From Ginglymostoma cirratum (Eukaryota): 64,000 nt of DNA. Of the stretch, positions 12,071 through 24,971 are shown one piece after another; the first letter of the stretch is position 1, and each line of letters begins with the position of its first letter. The notes beneath the pieces are model-generated. The model saw only the letters and a program-made list of their open reading frames with translations, made no database searches and was not told the origin of the DNA. The stretch covers positions 24,388,895-24,452,894 of the forward strand of contig JAHRHZ010000021.1 in the NCBI GenBank assembly GCA_024137785.1. The letters are read 5' to 3'. A program made the translations under genes and the position numbers.

Positions 12071-12909
12071 GAATAGTAGTATCTTTTTGGCATCAAATTT
12101 CAGTTAATTGATTTGGTGAGAACAGCTAGAGGAACAGTGGAGAAACTGGACTGTTAACAGGAACTAGTGCTCATTGAAATTATGAATTTATTCCATTTGT
12201 ATATGGGCACTTCATTGAAATGTAGTGCCATATTTATAGAATGGCAGCATCTAATTTTACTGCAACTAGATAAGAGAAATACCAACAGATTATAAAAGTG
12301 CAATATTTAGATGGCCTATTAAATATTCTAAATTTAGCTCCAGAACTGGGTCACTGCTCACTTGTGATTTATAAGAATGTGCAAATTTACTACATTTTCA
12401 AAGCAAATTTATAAACTGAAGCAACACTTACCGACTTTTTTGCTCTTTCAAACTTTTTTTGGGACAATTCAAATTTTGTTTTAGTGACTATTTTCCGCAT
12501 AATTTTAATACCTATTTTCTAAGGTCAGACTAATTCTGTTATTGCAAACTTGCATCTTCTCAAGACAAGTATAATACAACCCCAAAGCATGGCAAAGTTG
12601 TCTTTCCTACGCTGAGTCAACTGCTGGGTATATATGCTGCTCATATAATTGAAGAAATTGGTTGTTGAAGCACACGGTTGGATTTGTTGCTGTATACTGT
12701 GGGTCTACGATATCAGCCTCCCATTGTTCATAGACCATTCTCCATGATGGAGAGAGTTGCAAAAAAAGGGACATTTTCCCTAATTTGGGGGAAGTTGGAA
12801 AATTGTGTCCGTATGAATTGTGACAGTGCTGCTGATGGAGAACAGCACGGATAAGGGAAGCTGAACTTTAAAGACTTTAAAGGAAATAATGGTCTGCTGA
12901 ATATTGAAT

Positions 12910-13004
12910 CTGATGAAGGGTCTAGGCCCGAAACGTCAAGCTTTCCTGCTCCTATGATGCTGCTTGGCCTGCTGTGTTCATCCAGCTCCACACCTTGTTA
13001 TCTC
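12910..13004 (+). mobile_element. Young Penelope-type pLTR fragment with hammerhead core
   Basis: CTGATGAAGGGTCTAGGCCCGAAACGTCAAGC...ccttgttatctc; near-identical to 89-180. Confidence 0.8.
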
Positions 13005-13209
13005 TCATTATCTCTAACCCAATTATCACTTATCTTTCAGCATCTCAAACACTACAGAAAAATATCAGGAAATAGATTCTGCGCTTGTGTCCTGGAATTT
13101 AAGTCGGCATGCAATGCTGAGAGTAGTGTTCTGTTAAAGGTTTTTTTTAAATTTTGAATTTTAAAATTTGACCCCTAGCGATCTGTTCAGGTGGCAATTT
13201 AGACAAAAA

Positions 13210-13590
13210 GTTTCATTGAAACATATAGGATTCTTAAGTGGCTTGACAGGATAAATGCTAAGAGGATGTTTCCTCTTATGGGAAAGTCTAGAACTAGATG
13301 GCAGAGTCACAGAATAAACAGATGTCAATTGAAGGCTGAGCTGATGAGGCATTTTTTTTCTCCGAGAGGATTGAGAACGTTTGGAACTCCTTACCATCAG
13401 AGCTATGGGGGCAGAGTCCTTGTGCATATTTAAGGTTGAGATAAATTCTTGATCACTGGGGGAATCAAGGGTTACAGGGTAAAGTCAGGAAAGTGAACAT
13501 GAGAAATGTCAAACCAGCCATGATCCTATTGAATGGTAGAGCAGACAGAGAGGCCGAGTGGTGTACTCCTATTCCTGTTCCTTATGTTTC
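13210..13590 (+). mobile_element. CR1 LINE 3' end
   Basis: Typical CR1 3' region ending tactcctattcctgttccttatg. Confidence 0.75.
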
Positions 13591-13629
13591 TGTTGGCTTA
13601 TTCACTGTTGGCTCAATAAATTGACCGAA

Positions 13630-13820
13630 GTTCCACCCTCAACCAGTGATACTAAACCAGATTTAACTGGTGACTCCTATCATTTGCTGCTTGTGGGAAC
13701 TTGAGCCCAAATCATATGCTCAACTTCTCTGCATAGCAGCAATTACCCTATACTTCATAAGTTGTTTAGTTTCTGTAAACTCAGTTGACATGTTCTAAGA
13801 AATTTCAAGGTAAATACATA
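13630..13820 (+). mobile_element. Decayed DeuSINE-like 3' fragment
   Basis: ccctcaacc...actaaaccagatt...tttgctgcttgtggga resembles 31541-31937. Confidence 0.45.
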
Positions 13821-13890
13821 CATCAATTTTCTTAAAATGTGTTCAACAATAAGTTAAAAGTACCACATTTTCAGGGTGGTTTTGTTTTCC

Positions 13891-14343
13891 TTTATTTGTT
13901 AATGGGATGAGGGTGTCGTTGGCTAGGCATGTATTGCCCATCTATAATTGCCCAGAGGGCAGCTAAGAGTCAACCACATTGTGGGTCAGGAGTCACATGT
14001 AGGCCAGACCACGTAAGGATGGCACTTTTCTTCCCTAAAGGACATCACTGAACCAGATTTGTTTTTCCCGACAATCAGCAGGTTCGTGGTCATCGTTAGA
14101 TTCTTAATTCCAGATTATTATTGAATTCAAATTCCACTACCTGCTGTGGCAGGATTCGAAACCAGGTGGGTCTAGGCCCGAAACGTTAGCTTTCCTGCTC
14201 CTCTGAAGCTGCTTGGCCTGCTGTGTTCACCTTGTTATCTCAGATTCTCCAGCATCTGCAGTTCCCACTATCTCTCCCCAGAACATTATCTGGGTGTCTA
14301 AATTACCAGTCCAGCGATAATACCACTAGGTCATCGCCTCCCC
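13891..14343 (-). mobile_element. Full-length tRNA-derived SINE with CR1-type tail, interrupted by a pLTR fragment at 14168-14276
   Basis: Minus-strand head ggaggcgatgacctagtgg (A box) and ggtttcgaatcc (B box); homologous to the uninterrupted copy at 56593-56910. Confidence 0.8.
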
Positions 14344-15164
14344 TCCAGGCCTTTTCCTGTGCCTTGCTTAGAAATATGCCACTGATAGGTCTAGGGGAAA
14401 ATGAGGGCAGCATAATGTGTATGTGTAAATATAGTCTTGTACAAGTAAGAAATGCCTTTGGTTTGTTTGCTGCATAGAGTCAAACACAAATGTTTGTTTG
14501 TTTTGTTTCTTATGCTATTGTACAGAACCGAACCGCTTTAGTGACTATGCATGTGTATATATAGATATTTTGTGAATCAAGTATATTTTTGAAATTTTAA
14601 AAAAAAAACGCATTTGGAAGTGCATGCAGTTTAAAATTTGCTTGTAATCTGCCACTGGGATTTGGATTGAACCAATGTAAGCATCTCTGATAAACTCTTT
14701 CCTCTGAACTAATTTATTTCCTAGCAATGAAAGGCCATGTGACAACTTTATCACCTGGATCGTATCGTACTTCATCACAAAAAAAAGTTAAACCCACAAC
14801 ATCACTTTTTATCTGTCATGCTTCAGTGAAACAGTTTGGAACACTTTTTTGGTCTGTTGAAGCACTAGATAAATGCACATTATAAAATGAATAAACTGCA
14901 CTGAGTATTTTTAAAATGTACTTTTTTTTTGGATTTGCTTACCAATGAAACACTAATTTTTATTATTGGTCTATCTGTAGAAGGACCCTAGTAATTTGGA
15001 TTATTTACTATTTTATGAGGATAAATACATTCAACCATATAATGCACAAGAATGTAGAAGTAGGATGTTTAGCAGCTGAATATTCTGCACTTCAAACATA
15101 TCACAGCTTCTCTGTACCTCCATGTTCGCACATTTTGTTCCTTTATCCTTTTAGTATCCTAGTA

Positions 15165-15372
15165 AGGGAAGTTGGTTAGCTTAGTTGGGTGGACATCTGG
15201 TTTGCAATGCAGAGTGATGCCAACAGCATGGGTTTGGTTACCGTTACACACAGTGCTTTTCAATCCCTTCCCTGATGTGAGGTGTGATGACCCTCAGGTT
15301 AAACCACCACCAGTCACGCCAAATGAGCAAGCAGCCCTATGGTCCAGTATGACAATGGCAACTTTACCTTTC
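15165..15372 (+). mobile_element. Short tRNA-derived SINE ending atggcaactttaccttt
   Basis: A box tagcttagttgg, decayed B box, ~210 bp. Confidence 0.6.
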
Positions 15373-15389
15373 ACCCTTGTCAACAAAAT

Positions 15390-16990
15390 CAATTAAACTT
15401 GGCCTGAAAGTTTCAATTGACCCAATACCTATCTTTGGGGAAGGAGAGTTTCAGATTTCCACTACTTTTGTGTAGGGAGAAAAACTTGCCTGATTTAAAG
15501 CCTAAAAGGTTTCGTTTTAATTTTAAGATTGGATCCACTTTGTCTGGAATCCCCATCATAGGATTTTTCTTTTAAGTCTTATCCACTTTACAGAATCCTC
15601 TTCATTTAAGAACAAAGAAAACTTACAGCCCAGGAACAGGCCCTTCGGCCCTCCAAGCCTGTGCCGATCCAAATCCACTGTCTAAACCTATCGCCCAATT
15701 CCTAAGGATCTGTATCCCTCTGCTCCCCACCTACTCGTGCATCTGTCCAGACGCACCTTAGAAGTTCAGTTGGATCAGCCTTCATCCTCTTAATGTCAAA
15801 GGAGTATAAGCCAAATTTATAAAACTTTTGTCAAAGCCACATACATACATTTCTGATGAATCAGTGCTGTACACACTTCCAAGTTCAGTTTATCCATCTG
15901 AAGGTGCAGTGCTGAAAACTGAATATATCACTTCAGATGTGACTGAAGCACAAGACCCCTTCAGATAAATGCATTAACTTTAGCTGATTTTCTTTATTAC
16001 TGTGCTTGCCCTTAACTTCTAGTTATTAGGACCAAATTACTGCAAATGCTGGAATCTGTACTGAAAACAACAAATGCTGGATATCACAGTGGGTCAGGTA
16101 GCATTCCTGGCAAGAGCAAGCTAACGTCTCAAGTCTAGATGAATCTTCATCAGAGCTAAAGTGGAGGGAGCAGCATTTATGTTATATTTGGGGGAGGGGG
16201 AATGGGGTGTAGGGTGATGGGGAAGAAAGGATGTTGATAGTTCAGATTAAGTGATCGGAATGTGAGAATGGCAGAACAATGGTGTATCAAACTGCCAAAT
16301 TTGAAAGAATAGACAGTGCCCCCCCCCATTACGATCACTTAATCTGAACTATCAACATCCCTTCTCCCCCAGCACTTTACACCTTCCCCCAACTATAGTA
16401 TAAATGCTGCCCCATCCACACTTCACTTTAGCTCTGAAGAATCTAGACTTAAATATTAGCTTGCCCTCACTACATGGGTGCTGCCTGACCTGCTGTGATC
16501 TCCAGCATTTGTTGTTTTCAATTTTTAGTTACTTCTGCTTATGTGCATCCATATCTGCCCACATCACCTCAATTTATAGTGCCTCATTGTGAAATTTGTA
16601 TTATTATTTGGCCTCTTTGAATCATTAGGTGATATTTTCACACTTGCCCACTTTGAAATATAGTTCTCGATTATGGCTGCACATTTTGTCTGCCTTTCTT
16701 TGTGCAGATGGGAGCAGGAAGCCACAATGTGCATTCTAATTTACTGCCATCTGTAAACTTGGATATACAACTCTCTCTCCCTTCATTGATCATTATATAG
16801 TGAAAAGCTGAGGCCCCAGTACACATCCCTGAGGAATATCACCTGTCAAATTCCACCAATCATAACACATTTGTGTTTTCCCCAATCTCTTTCTTACTTC
16901 CCAAGTAAATACAAAACCCACGCGACGAGAGTACTTCTAGTTTGGTGTGCTTTCATTTTTGCTAATCTCTAGCCTGATGCCTCTTCAAAA
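15390..16990 (-). mobile_element. Old CR1 remnant hosting a young CR1 3' tip (about 15608-15760) and a fold-back element (16062-16520)
   Basis: Decayed CR1-like phrases on both sides of the inserts; the young insert retains CpGs (caggcccttcggccctccaagcctgtgccgatcc). Confidence 0.55.
16062..16520. repeat. Long inverted repeat (~190 bp arms, ~75 bp spacer) of a hammerhead-bearing Penelope-type pLTR
   Basis: tgaaaacaacaaatgctgg / ccagcatttgttgttttca at the ends; ggatgttgatagttcagattaagtgatcg / cgatcacttaatctgaactatcaacatcc at the inner ends. Confidence 0.9.
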
Positions 16991-18479
16991 CAAAAACTAG
17001 ATTTCAATGAGAATTTAGCTTTTACTACAGAAGTTTAGCTGGGTGTCGCCTCAAATTCTACTTACTGTAAATAGTCACACCCTTGAGTTAATTAGAAGGG
17101 AAATTGTTCTGTGGACTGGCAGCTGTTTATAAATTCGAGGTCTTCCCAGGGCCAGAAAATCCAGTAGGGAATGACTAGCTTTCTTGTTGATGTTATTTAA
17201 ATGCATGACACAGGAATTTTCTTTGCTTTGATTAGAGTGTAGTAGGTGTATTTCAAACCTTCCTATACAGTGTTAAGACTTGAATTTTTTTAGGCACACA
17301 CTGAATTAATGCAGCAAAATACTTGCAAACCTTGGCGAGAACTAATACCCACTTACCTTTGAAAGTATTGCTATTATAGCTAATCAGACTTTAGAGGTTG
17401 ACATTGGTCATTCCTACAGTTTTTGTATTTTACTCATCCAGGCCTTTTACTACTATCTAGTGCTACTTGGTACAGTGCATTCATATTCTGAGGGAAATCC
17501 TCATGCATAATCAAAATACTGTTAAATTTATAACCTCGTTTTAATATATCCAAGTGTTCTTTGACCGGTATTTTGTTTACTTCATGATTGCACGTATGTG
17601 CTGGTAGACGTTTTCTGTGTTGACCTCTTCGTCATCAGAAGTTCCTTGACATCTAGTCACGTGTAATGTTTCAGGCTATGTATAGAAATTGATTCTAACT
17701 TTGCTCGTGTTTGTCTTGAATGGGCTTTCCAGGGAAGTGGTTTGCTGCAATGTTCATGTACTTTTGTAACCAGGTAACATAGTGTATTTTGATATGAAGA
17801 ATTAGAATCCTTACTTATCATGTCTTAAGGCTTATGACATTATGGCTCCCTGAGATCTTGTGTTTGGTTCGAAAACTGCAAAATGTGCACTACAGCATTG
17901 TGAAATGAAGCTACACATGTAAGTTGATAAATGCCCATGAAGGATATATTATAGAGAAGAAAAAGATGCAGTTTATCTGAGCCATTATTAAGATGGGTAC
18001 AGTGAGGTCTACAAGAATTTATTGTAAAGGGAGCACCAGTTATATTTGGGGCCATGCCGTGACTAATATCCTGAAAATTCAGGAGTTTCACAGATTTGCA
18101 AGATCTTTAATTTCTAACTCTCAGATAAAAGCAGCTTGTTACTAATATGTAAACTGTTTTTACTGCAGCCTTGTTTCTATTCTTCGTGTAGAAATACTGT
18201 TCATTTTAAACACATCGGGAATTGATTATGGAAATAGTCTGTCAGTGAGGTCTGTAGGAGGGATAATTTAAATCAGAAGAATGACCTATTTTAATATTTA
18301 GTATGCTGATGCAGAGATGTTCTGAATTTCTGACAGCAAAAAAAATATTCTGTGCTCGAGGAATGGAGAAGGGAAGTTTTAACTTCCATCCACTCAAGTT
18401 TGAATGACAGTAATTTTCAGGAAGAAAACTCTTTTACTATGCTCCATAATGTACCTTCAGCATCAAAATGTATGTAGTA

Positions 18480-19780
18480 AATGCCAAGCGGATTGCATAT
18501 GGTGGCAGCCTTGCATCTTGTAGGACAATGGTTTGCACTGTGGTGGTCAGCTCTGTGTTATGCAGTGCTTGGTGTGGATCAGGAGCTCCAAGCTGGCATT
18601 GCAGCCTCTGCTGCCTTTTCTGAAAAGCAAGTCAGTGGTTTGAGAAGGTACAAAGTTTACTGGCCTGTTTTCTGTGGGTTGTCGTCTTGTTTCTGCTGAC
18701 TTTTTCCAATGCTCTTACAAATAGTTAACCTGCAAAGGTCACAGTCATCAGCAACTCTCACTCAGTTGTTAGTGTCAGTGTCTGCCATCTTTAGATCTCA
18801 CTTGCTGGTGTCCTTGCAGCAGATGTATGCATACTCACTGGATGTGGCTCAGAGGCCAAATCACTGTACAGAAGTTTTTGGTTATACAATGCCATCCATC
18901 TGATATGTGGTTGAGCTAACATAGACATCATACCTTAACAGGGAGAGCATGCTGATGGATTTAGCATTTTCCAGGACTGTTGAATTGGTGATCTTGTCCT
19001 GACAGGATTGAACTGTTCAGCCCTTTTTTCTGCCTCGTATTGTCCAGGTGGTACCACTGTAGAGGACTGAGCTGTAGTTGCCAGGGTTGGTAGACTCTGA
19101 TGTTACCAGTCTGATTGTTGTTCCCCATGCACTCAGCTTGGACATAACAACTGCAGCTTTTGCAACTATATATTGCTTTCAGCATCAAGTGATAGATTGC
19201 TCGTAGTGTAAAGCCTAGATAATTAAACTATCTCCAGCATCACATTGTCAGTGCTGATAGATGGCAGTATGGCGACATCTGGACAATGACATTTGTCTTC
19301 CTGATGCTGGTGGTCAAACTAAACTCTACAGGCATGAGAGAGTCTGTCCATTGCTGCCAAAGGTGGTGGTCTGTGTGGAATGCCAGTAGTGCAGCTTTGT
19401 TGATATGGAGCAGCTGAGTATTTGTGGCAGCCTTGTTCCTGGATCTTGAGTGAGCAATGCTGAGCAACTTTCTGACAGTTCTGGTTTTTAAGGATACACT
19501 GTAGATGACCTGAAGGCATGTCAGCAGCAAATGAAAGAATATGTCAGAAGGAGTTGGAAACACACCTGTTTCATCCCACTATGGATCTCGAAGGATTCCG
19601 TTGTTTCCCCATTATTGTTTACCTTACCTATCACGTCGTCAGGGAAAGAATGGATCTCATTGTGCAGCTTCAGACGATTGGCTGTCAACTTCTGATTGGT
19701 TAACCTCATGAGAACCTGTCCTCCGACACTGTGCTGCACTTCATTCGACAGTGAGCTTGGCACTGCTATCGGTGGAATCC
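18480..19780 (-). mobile_element. RTE-clade (BovB/Expander-like) LINE, RT C-terminal half
   Basis: Frameshifted translation gives AALLA.HT...MDRLSHAC..F.LT.SIRKTNV, FNYLG, NLSLDAE...IAKAA.VMSKL, QDKITNSTVLENA. Confidence 0.8.
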
Positions 19781-19789
19781 CTATGTCGG

Positions 19790-20070
19790 ATCATCTTTAG
19801 CTACTAAGGGATTTTTTTGGGGAAGTGAGTGTGGACTATGAAACATGACCCTCCAGCCTCTGACATCATGGCCAGAAAAGGTAAATGAGAATGAGTAGAG
19901 ACTGGTTGACTTTTGATGCTCTGATGAGCTTTGTGTATCTGGCTCCATTTTTTTAAAAGAACAAAATGTTCCACAATACGTCCTGGAGATATTCAAGGTC
20001 AGGGCACTGGTGGCAGTTGGATCTGATCACTACTAGACAGAACTCTCTGTAAAGCACCCTTAACAGATAG
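19790..20070 (+). mobile_element. RTE APE-endonuclease fragment, inverted relative to the adjacent RT
   Basis: VNENE*RLVDF, ELCVSGSIF and AVGSDHY motifs on the + strand. Confidence 0.7.
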
Positions 20071-20437
20071 ACAGTGCTGACTGTAACACTGATTATCCCC
20101 TGAGTTCAAATAAGGCCATTAGATTAGTCCAGTGGATACTATTACAGTAAATCCAATAATGTCACTATTAGTATTTCCATTTTGTATGATACACAAATGC
20201 ATGTTCTTACGCATTAGGATTAACTTAAAACAAATAAAATTTAAATACATATTAGTGAAATTGTAGCCAACAATAAAAGGAGAAGATTGACATACAAACC
20301 TGGCACACTTACATGATCTGAAGGAGATCGCTAGCTTTACGGGATCCGAGAAATGGTCACTAGACGTACGATTGACCAATATTGAAATACTTGTTGGCAA
20401 AAAGAAGAGGTTGTCATTCTAGCATGTATGAATGATA

Positions 20438-20560
20438 TGGAGGTGCCAGTGTTGGGCTGGGGTGAATAAGGTCAGAAGTCACGTGACACCAGATTATAGT
20501 TTAGCAGGTTAATTTGAAATCGCAAGCTTTCAGAGCGTGGTGTGGTGTGACTTCTAACCT
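20438..20560. mobile_element. Short fold-back repeat, same family as 44230-44368
   Basis: Arms aggtcagaagtcac..acacca / tggtgt..gtgacttctaacct; shared 5' leader tggag.tgcc.gtgttgg.ctggggtg. Confidence 0.7.
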
Positions 20561-23500
20561 AGTTTGTATGTATGCAGCAATACTTAGATTTAATGAGTAG
20601 ACCTGAGACTTCATTTTTACTTCAGTTTGGCCTAATCATTACTTGTAGTGGTGTGTTGCATTGTTATAAACTTAATGAAGGATTAAAATATATCCTTGTA
20701 GAGCTTCACTGTTGTGTGCAGTAATTTAAAGGGTCTACTCTTTCCAAATGAAGAAATATTAAGAGTTAGAAGACACTGTGCATCATGGTGTTTTAGGCTG
20801 GCTAGAAGTACCTTTGGGCTCAAATAGAAAGAAGATTGCATCTGGTGTAGATTAGCTTGAAACAAATAAATGCAACATTGAAAGGACTGGCAGGAAATAA
20901 CTAAGACAGTGGGAATGGGCCAGTGGATATGGGTAAATACAGCAGGAATGGGTCAACTGCAAATAAATGGTACAAATAAATCTAGCTGGGAGGGGTAAAA
21001 TGAAACAAGAAAATAAAAAGGAAATAATGCCATGGAATTGGTGAATCTAGAAGTGAATGTTGCTGATGCATCCAGAAAAGCATTCAGGAGAGGTCAGATG
21101 TTGAGATTTTTAAATTTGTGGAGGAGGAATGGCATTATCTAAAGAACGGAATAACATGTTGAGAAAGTAGCTTGGCAGCTGGAGTATTTGTGGGGTTTTT
21201 TTTCAGTGTGATCTTCTCCAGGTGTTTTTGAGAAACTGAATCATAAAACTTGGCACTTCAAGCTATGCTGATGCATCACTTTCAAAAGTAGAGCTTACTA
21301 TATGTGTATCAGAGTCTGGTATCATCAGTTACAACAATAACTTGTATTTACACAGCTCATTTAACGTAAATATACTCTCCTGTTGGCTCCTGTCATATAA
21401 CAACAGCTTGCCTATTATAAGAATGTATCAGACACATACCATGGAACCTGAAGATGTAATAGATAAAGCTTAGAATTACGTTCATGTTAATTTGTGTAGT
21501 TTCACATCTGAAAAGATTGCTTTACTATGTCATCTTTGATTTTTGACACAAAATGCATGTATTCTTAAATGTATAGAAATAATGCCATTAAAGAAGTCTA
21601 TATGTAATCTATAGACAGACAGAGAAAATATTTCAAGAAGTGAGAATGGAGCTGAAAACCCTATAATGTGGCCAAAGTACTTTTCATCGCAGACTGCATA
21701 GTCATGTACTCCAGAATCTGGGGATCCATTTGTAGCATTTAAATCCATGTTTCATTAATGTGCATATTGTTCAAATCGTTGTTAGCAAGAGATCTTGTTA
21801 TAAGGATTTACCAACTAATGAGGCACTACCATTAAAACCAATTTCTTTGAACCTCCAGTCCCTCACCATTGAAATGGGAAAATCCAGTAATTAACAGATA
21901 TAAATGGGAAAAAAAAATGCTGTTTTGTCTGTGCTTTCATGTTCACTTTGTGAGGGTATGCAGGTTGCATATTTGGCTTTTCAGTTTACGTCACTTTCTA
22001 CCTAATCCTGTTTTTATTCCTTTTTTTTTTAATGGGATGTTGCTGTCAGAGTGGCATTTCATGCCCATCGTCAGTTGTCTGTGAGAACATGCTGATGAGT
22101 CAACTTCTTGAATCAAAGCACCTGGTCTAGTGTCAGTACACTAAAGGCCAGTTAGAAATGGAGTTCCAGGATTTGAACAGTGATGATGGAGTGGTTATAG
22201 TTTTCCAAACCATTGACGAAAAGCAGCAGACCCAGCACCTACAGTACTGTGCCAGCTTGGTCAGTAGTGATGCTGGTGAGCTACTCTTCCCACTGGATCT
22301 TGAAGACCAGAGTACATCTTGTGCAGTAGCTACTCTCAGTTCTCCTTCTGAGTGGTTTTGAACATGGAGGAGCACTGAACCAATAGCGAAGTGTGGCAGG
22401 TGGTAATCAACCGTGTTTGACCTGACATCAGAAGACTTTGTGGGGTCTGGGGACAATTTTTATGACTGCCTGGGGCCACTTGTTCCTGACTGTCTCCCCC
22501 GATCTTCTGCCAGTTCTAGTAGTATGTCCTGTTGGTGAGATGGGAATGTTGATATGGGAGTCTGGGATTTTGGCCACAGGATATGATCTGTGTGAGTCCA
22601 AGACTGATTATTGCTAGATTGGTCTTTGGAACATCTCTCCTGATTTTAGGTCTAGTCCCCTGATGTTACCCATCAGGACTGAGCTGGGACCCCCTTTGTT
22701 ACGTCTTGTTCAGTAGTTTCACAGTTATTCAGGAGTTGAGAAGCCAGTATTACCAATTTTTTCAATTGATTGATTTTAAATTTCCATTGCCAATTGTACA
22801 TCCCCCATTTGTCCAGAAAGCACTGCTACAAGTAAGTGGGCAGCTTTTTGTCTGATCTTGGTCAGAAATAGGCACTCTGTAGATTGGAAGATTCAAGCCA
22901 TTATATTGCAGTGTAACTTTAAATAATATTCTCTGGTCCTGTAGTACATTGATGGGTAATGTAAGGTTTTGTTCAATTTAAGCATATAATAACATGTTAT
23001 ATTGTTGTTTAATCTATAAATTGCTTTATGAAGCTTGCTGATAATCATGTCTGAGCACTACATTGGGACAGATGATTGGTATACTAGCCTATTGAAGCAA
23101 ATGGTTGTGCTTAAAGGCAGAAGGACAAGCAGCTCATACCATCTGGTGTACTGATAGATATACCAGCTTTCTCATTTGCCTGACGCTATATGTGGCCATT
23201 TTCAAAATGTACACCACTTAAAATTGCTCAGACAAAGCAGTTTGTGAATGAAAGCTGTGAGATCTCACCTGTATTGTATTATTCAGTACCATTTCATTAA
23301 TCACCATCAGCTTGTCTGCAACAACAGATTGAACAACAAAAGACTTTCTATTTATAACAGGCAGATAATAAATACGGACACCAGACAGAAGTCCAGTAAT
23401 TATGGCATTATGATTTGCAGTTAAGATTTGCTGCTTTTGTTTTAAACATTCTTGAGACCTTTTAGTGAAAATGAAATGTTGTTACTTTAAATTGGAAGTT

Positions 23501-24971
23501 GTTTTTTAAATGTATAAGTTTCAGATCATTCAGTGTCATATATAATACATGAAGATTCTGGCATTTTGTACTGAAGGTGCATAATTAGTTTTGACTAGAA
23601 GATACATGTAAGTGAAGGTAAACTAAAGCTATCATGTCTCTAATCAAAACTGTTCAGTGGTAAGACTTTTTCCCTGGAGAATCATGCAGGTATACCACTC
23701 CAGAGGATTACTATTACAAGTTCAAAATTTTAATTTACTTTTGAATTTGAAATAGAAATAAAAGGTTGGTATCAGCATAAGTCACCATGCAGTATTGAAC
23801 TGGCATAAGACCCACTATCTGTATCCAGTTTGGTTTGCATGTGCAAACCCATATGAAACTTTTAGAACAATCTTTCAATTAAATATAAACTTGTGTCAAT
23901 TCTTGTTAAGTGCTTTCTATTAATCTGTGAAAGATTGTGACAAGGCAGAATGACACTGGGATGATTCCATAACTATATTAAGTCTGCTTCAAAAAAATTG
24001 TGAAATGAACATTACCCTAAACTTAACTCTGACTAAGTATCACCTGTCAAAATGCTTCAGCATATTGCCCTTCAGAGCTAAGCCAGTTAGTGTAGTGTAT
24101 CAGGGACAGAAAAGTTTGGAGTAGATTTGAGGACACAAGATCTGGTGGTATCAAAACAGCCTGACCCTGAGGAAAAATGTATATGGGTTTGCTTGCTAAC
24201 AACATAACTGGTTCAGTACTTAACTGTTACCACAAGAGGATACATAGTATCATCTGTTGATACATTACGTCGATATAAATAGGATTGACAGAACTGTAAG
24301 ATAGTGTATTTTGTCTTGGTTCATTTAACTTTATTATTACTTGATAAAATGACATTATTTTGGCCAGTACAATCTTAAATTTTTATAAATGTAAAAGAAC
24401 CTGTGTACTGATCTCAGATGAAGCTCAATGTTATATATCACGTGAATGAATTATTACGGATGCTGCTGAAAAGCTTTAACATTTTTGACGTTAACAGTAA
24501 ATGTGGAATTTAGTTGGTTTACACAGTCATATTGTCTTGAACATAATCCCAAATAGCCGAATAACCAGTTCATACCATATTAAGAAATTGCTGGGTTCAG
24601 CTGATGGGGTGAATCAATTAAACATATTCTATATGAATTGATCCCAATCATTGTTGTAGGATTTCCTCGGAAGAGCATTCTTAATTTTTAACAGCTCATT
24701 AAATTCAATCGTATTTTTATTTTCAATTACAATTGTTTTCTTCATTTTTAGAGTTCAGGATTTGCCTGAGAGTTCATTTATTTTCATAGTTTGCTTTGGA
24801 AAGATCTCTTATTGTTGGTTTCCAAAACTTGCCTAGAAGTCTAGAAGAACTGCTAACTTGCAGAGGTGTGTATTTTGTTATTCTGCTGAGCTGCAGACTG
24901 TAGTAACTGATCTTTGTGAACCTACTGTAGGACTTGTATTTATGCTAGATTAATGACAGATTATAGTGATT

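Noticed and set aside
12910-14190. Intramolecular double hammerhead formed by the 12910 and 14168 copies
   Set aside because: The 12910 copy lacks a 5' stem I strand complementary to either 3' flank, and the 14168 copy lacks CUGAUGA.
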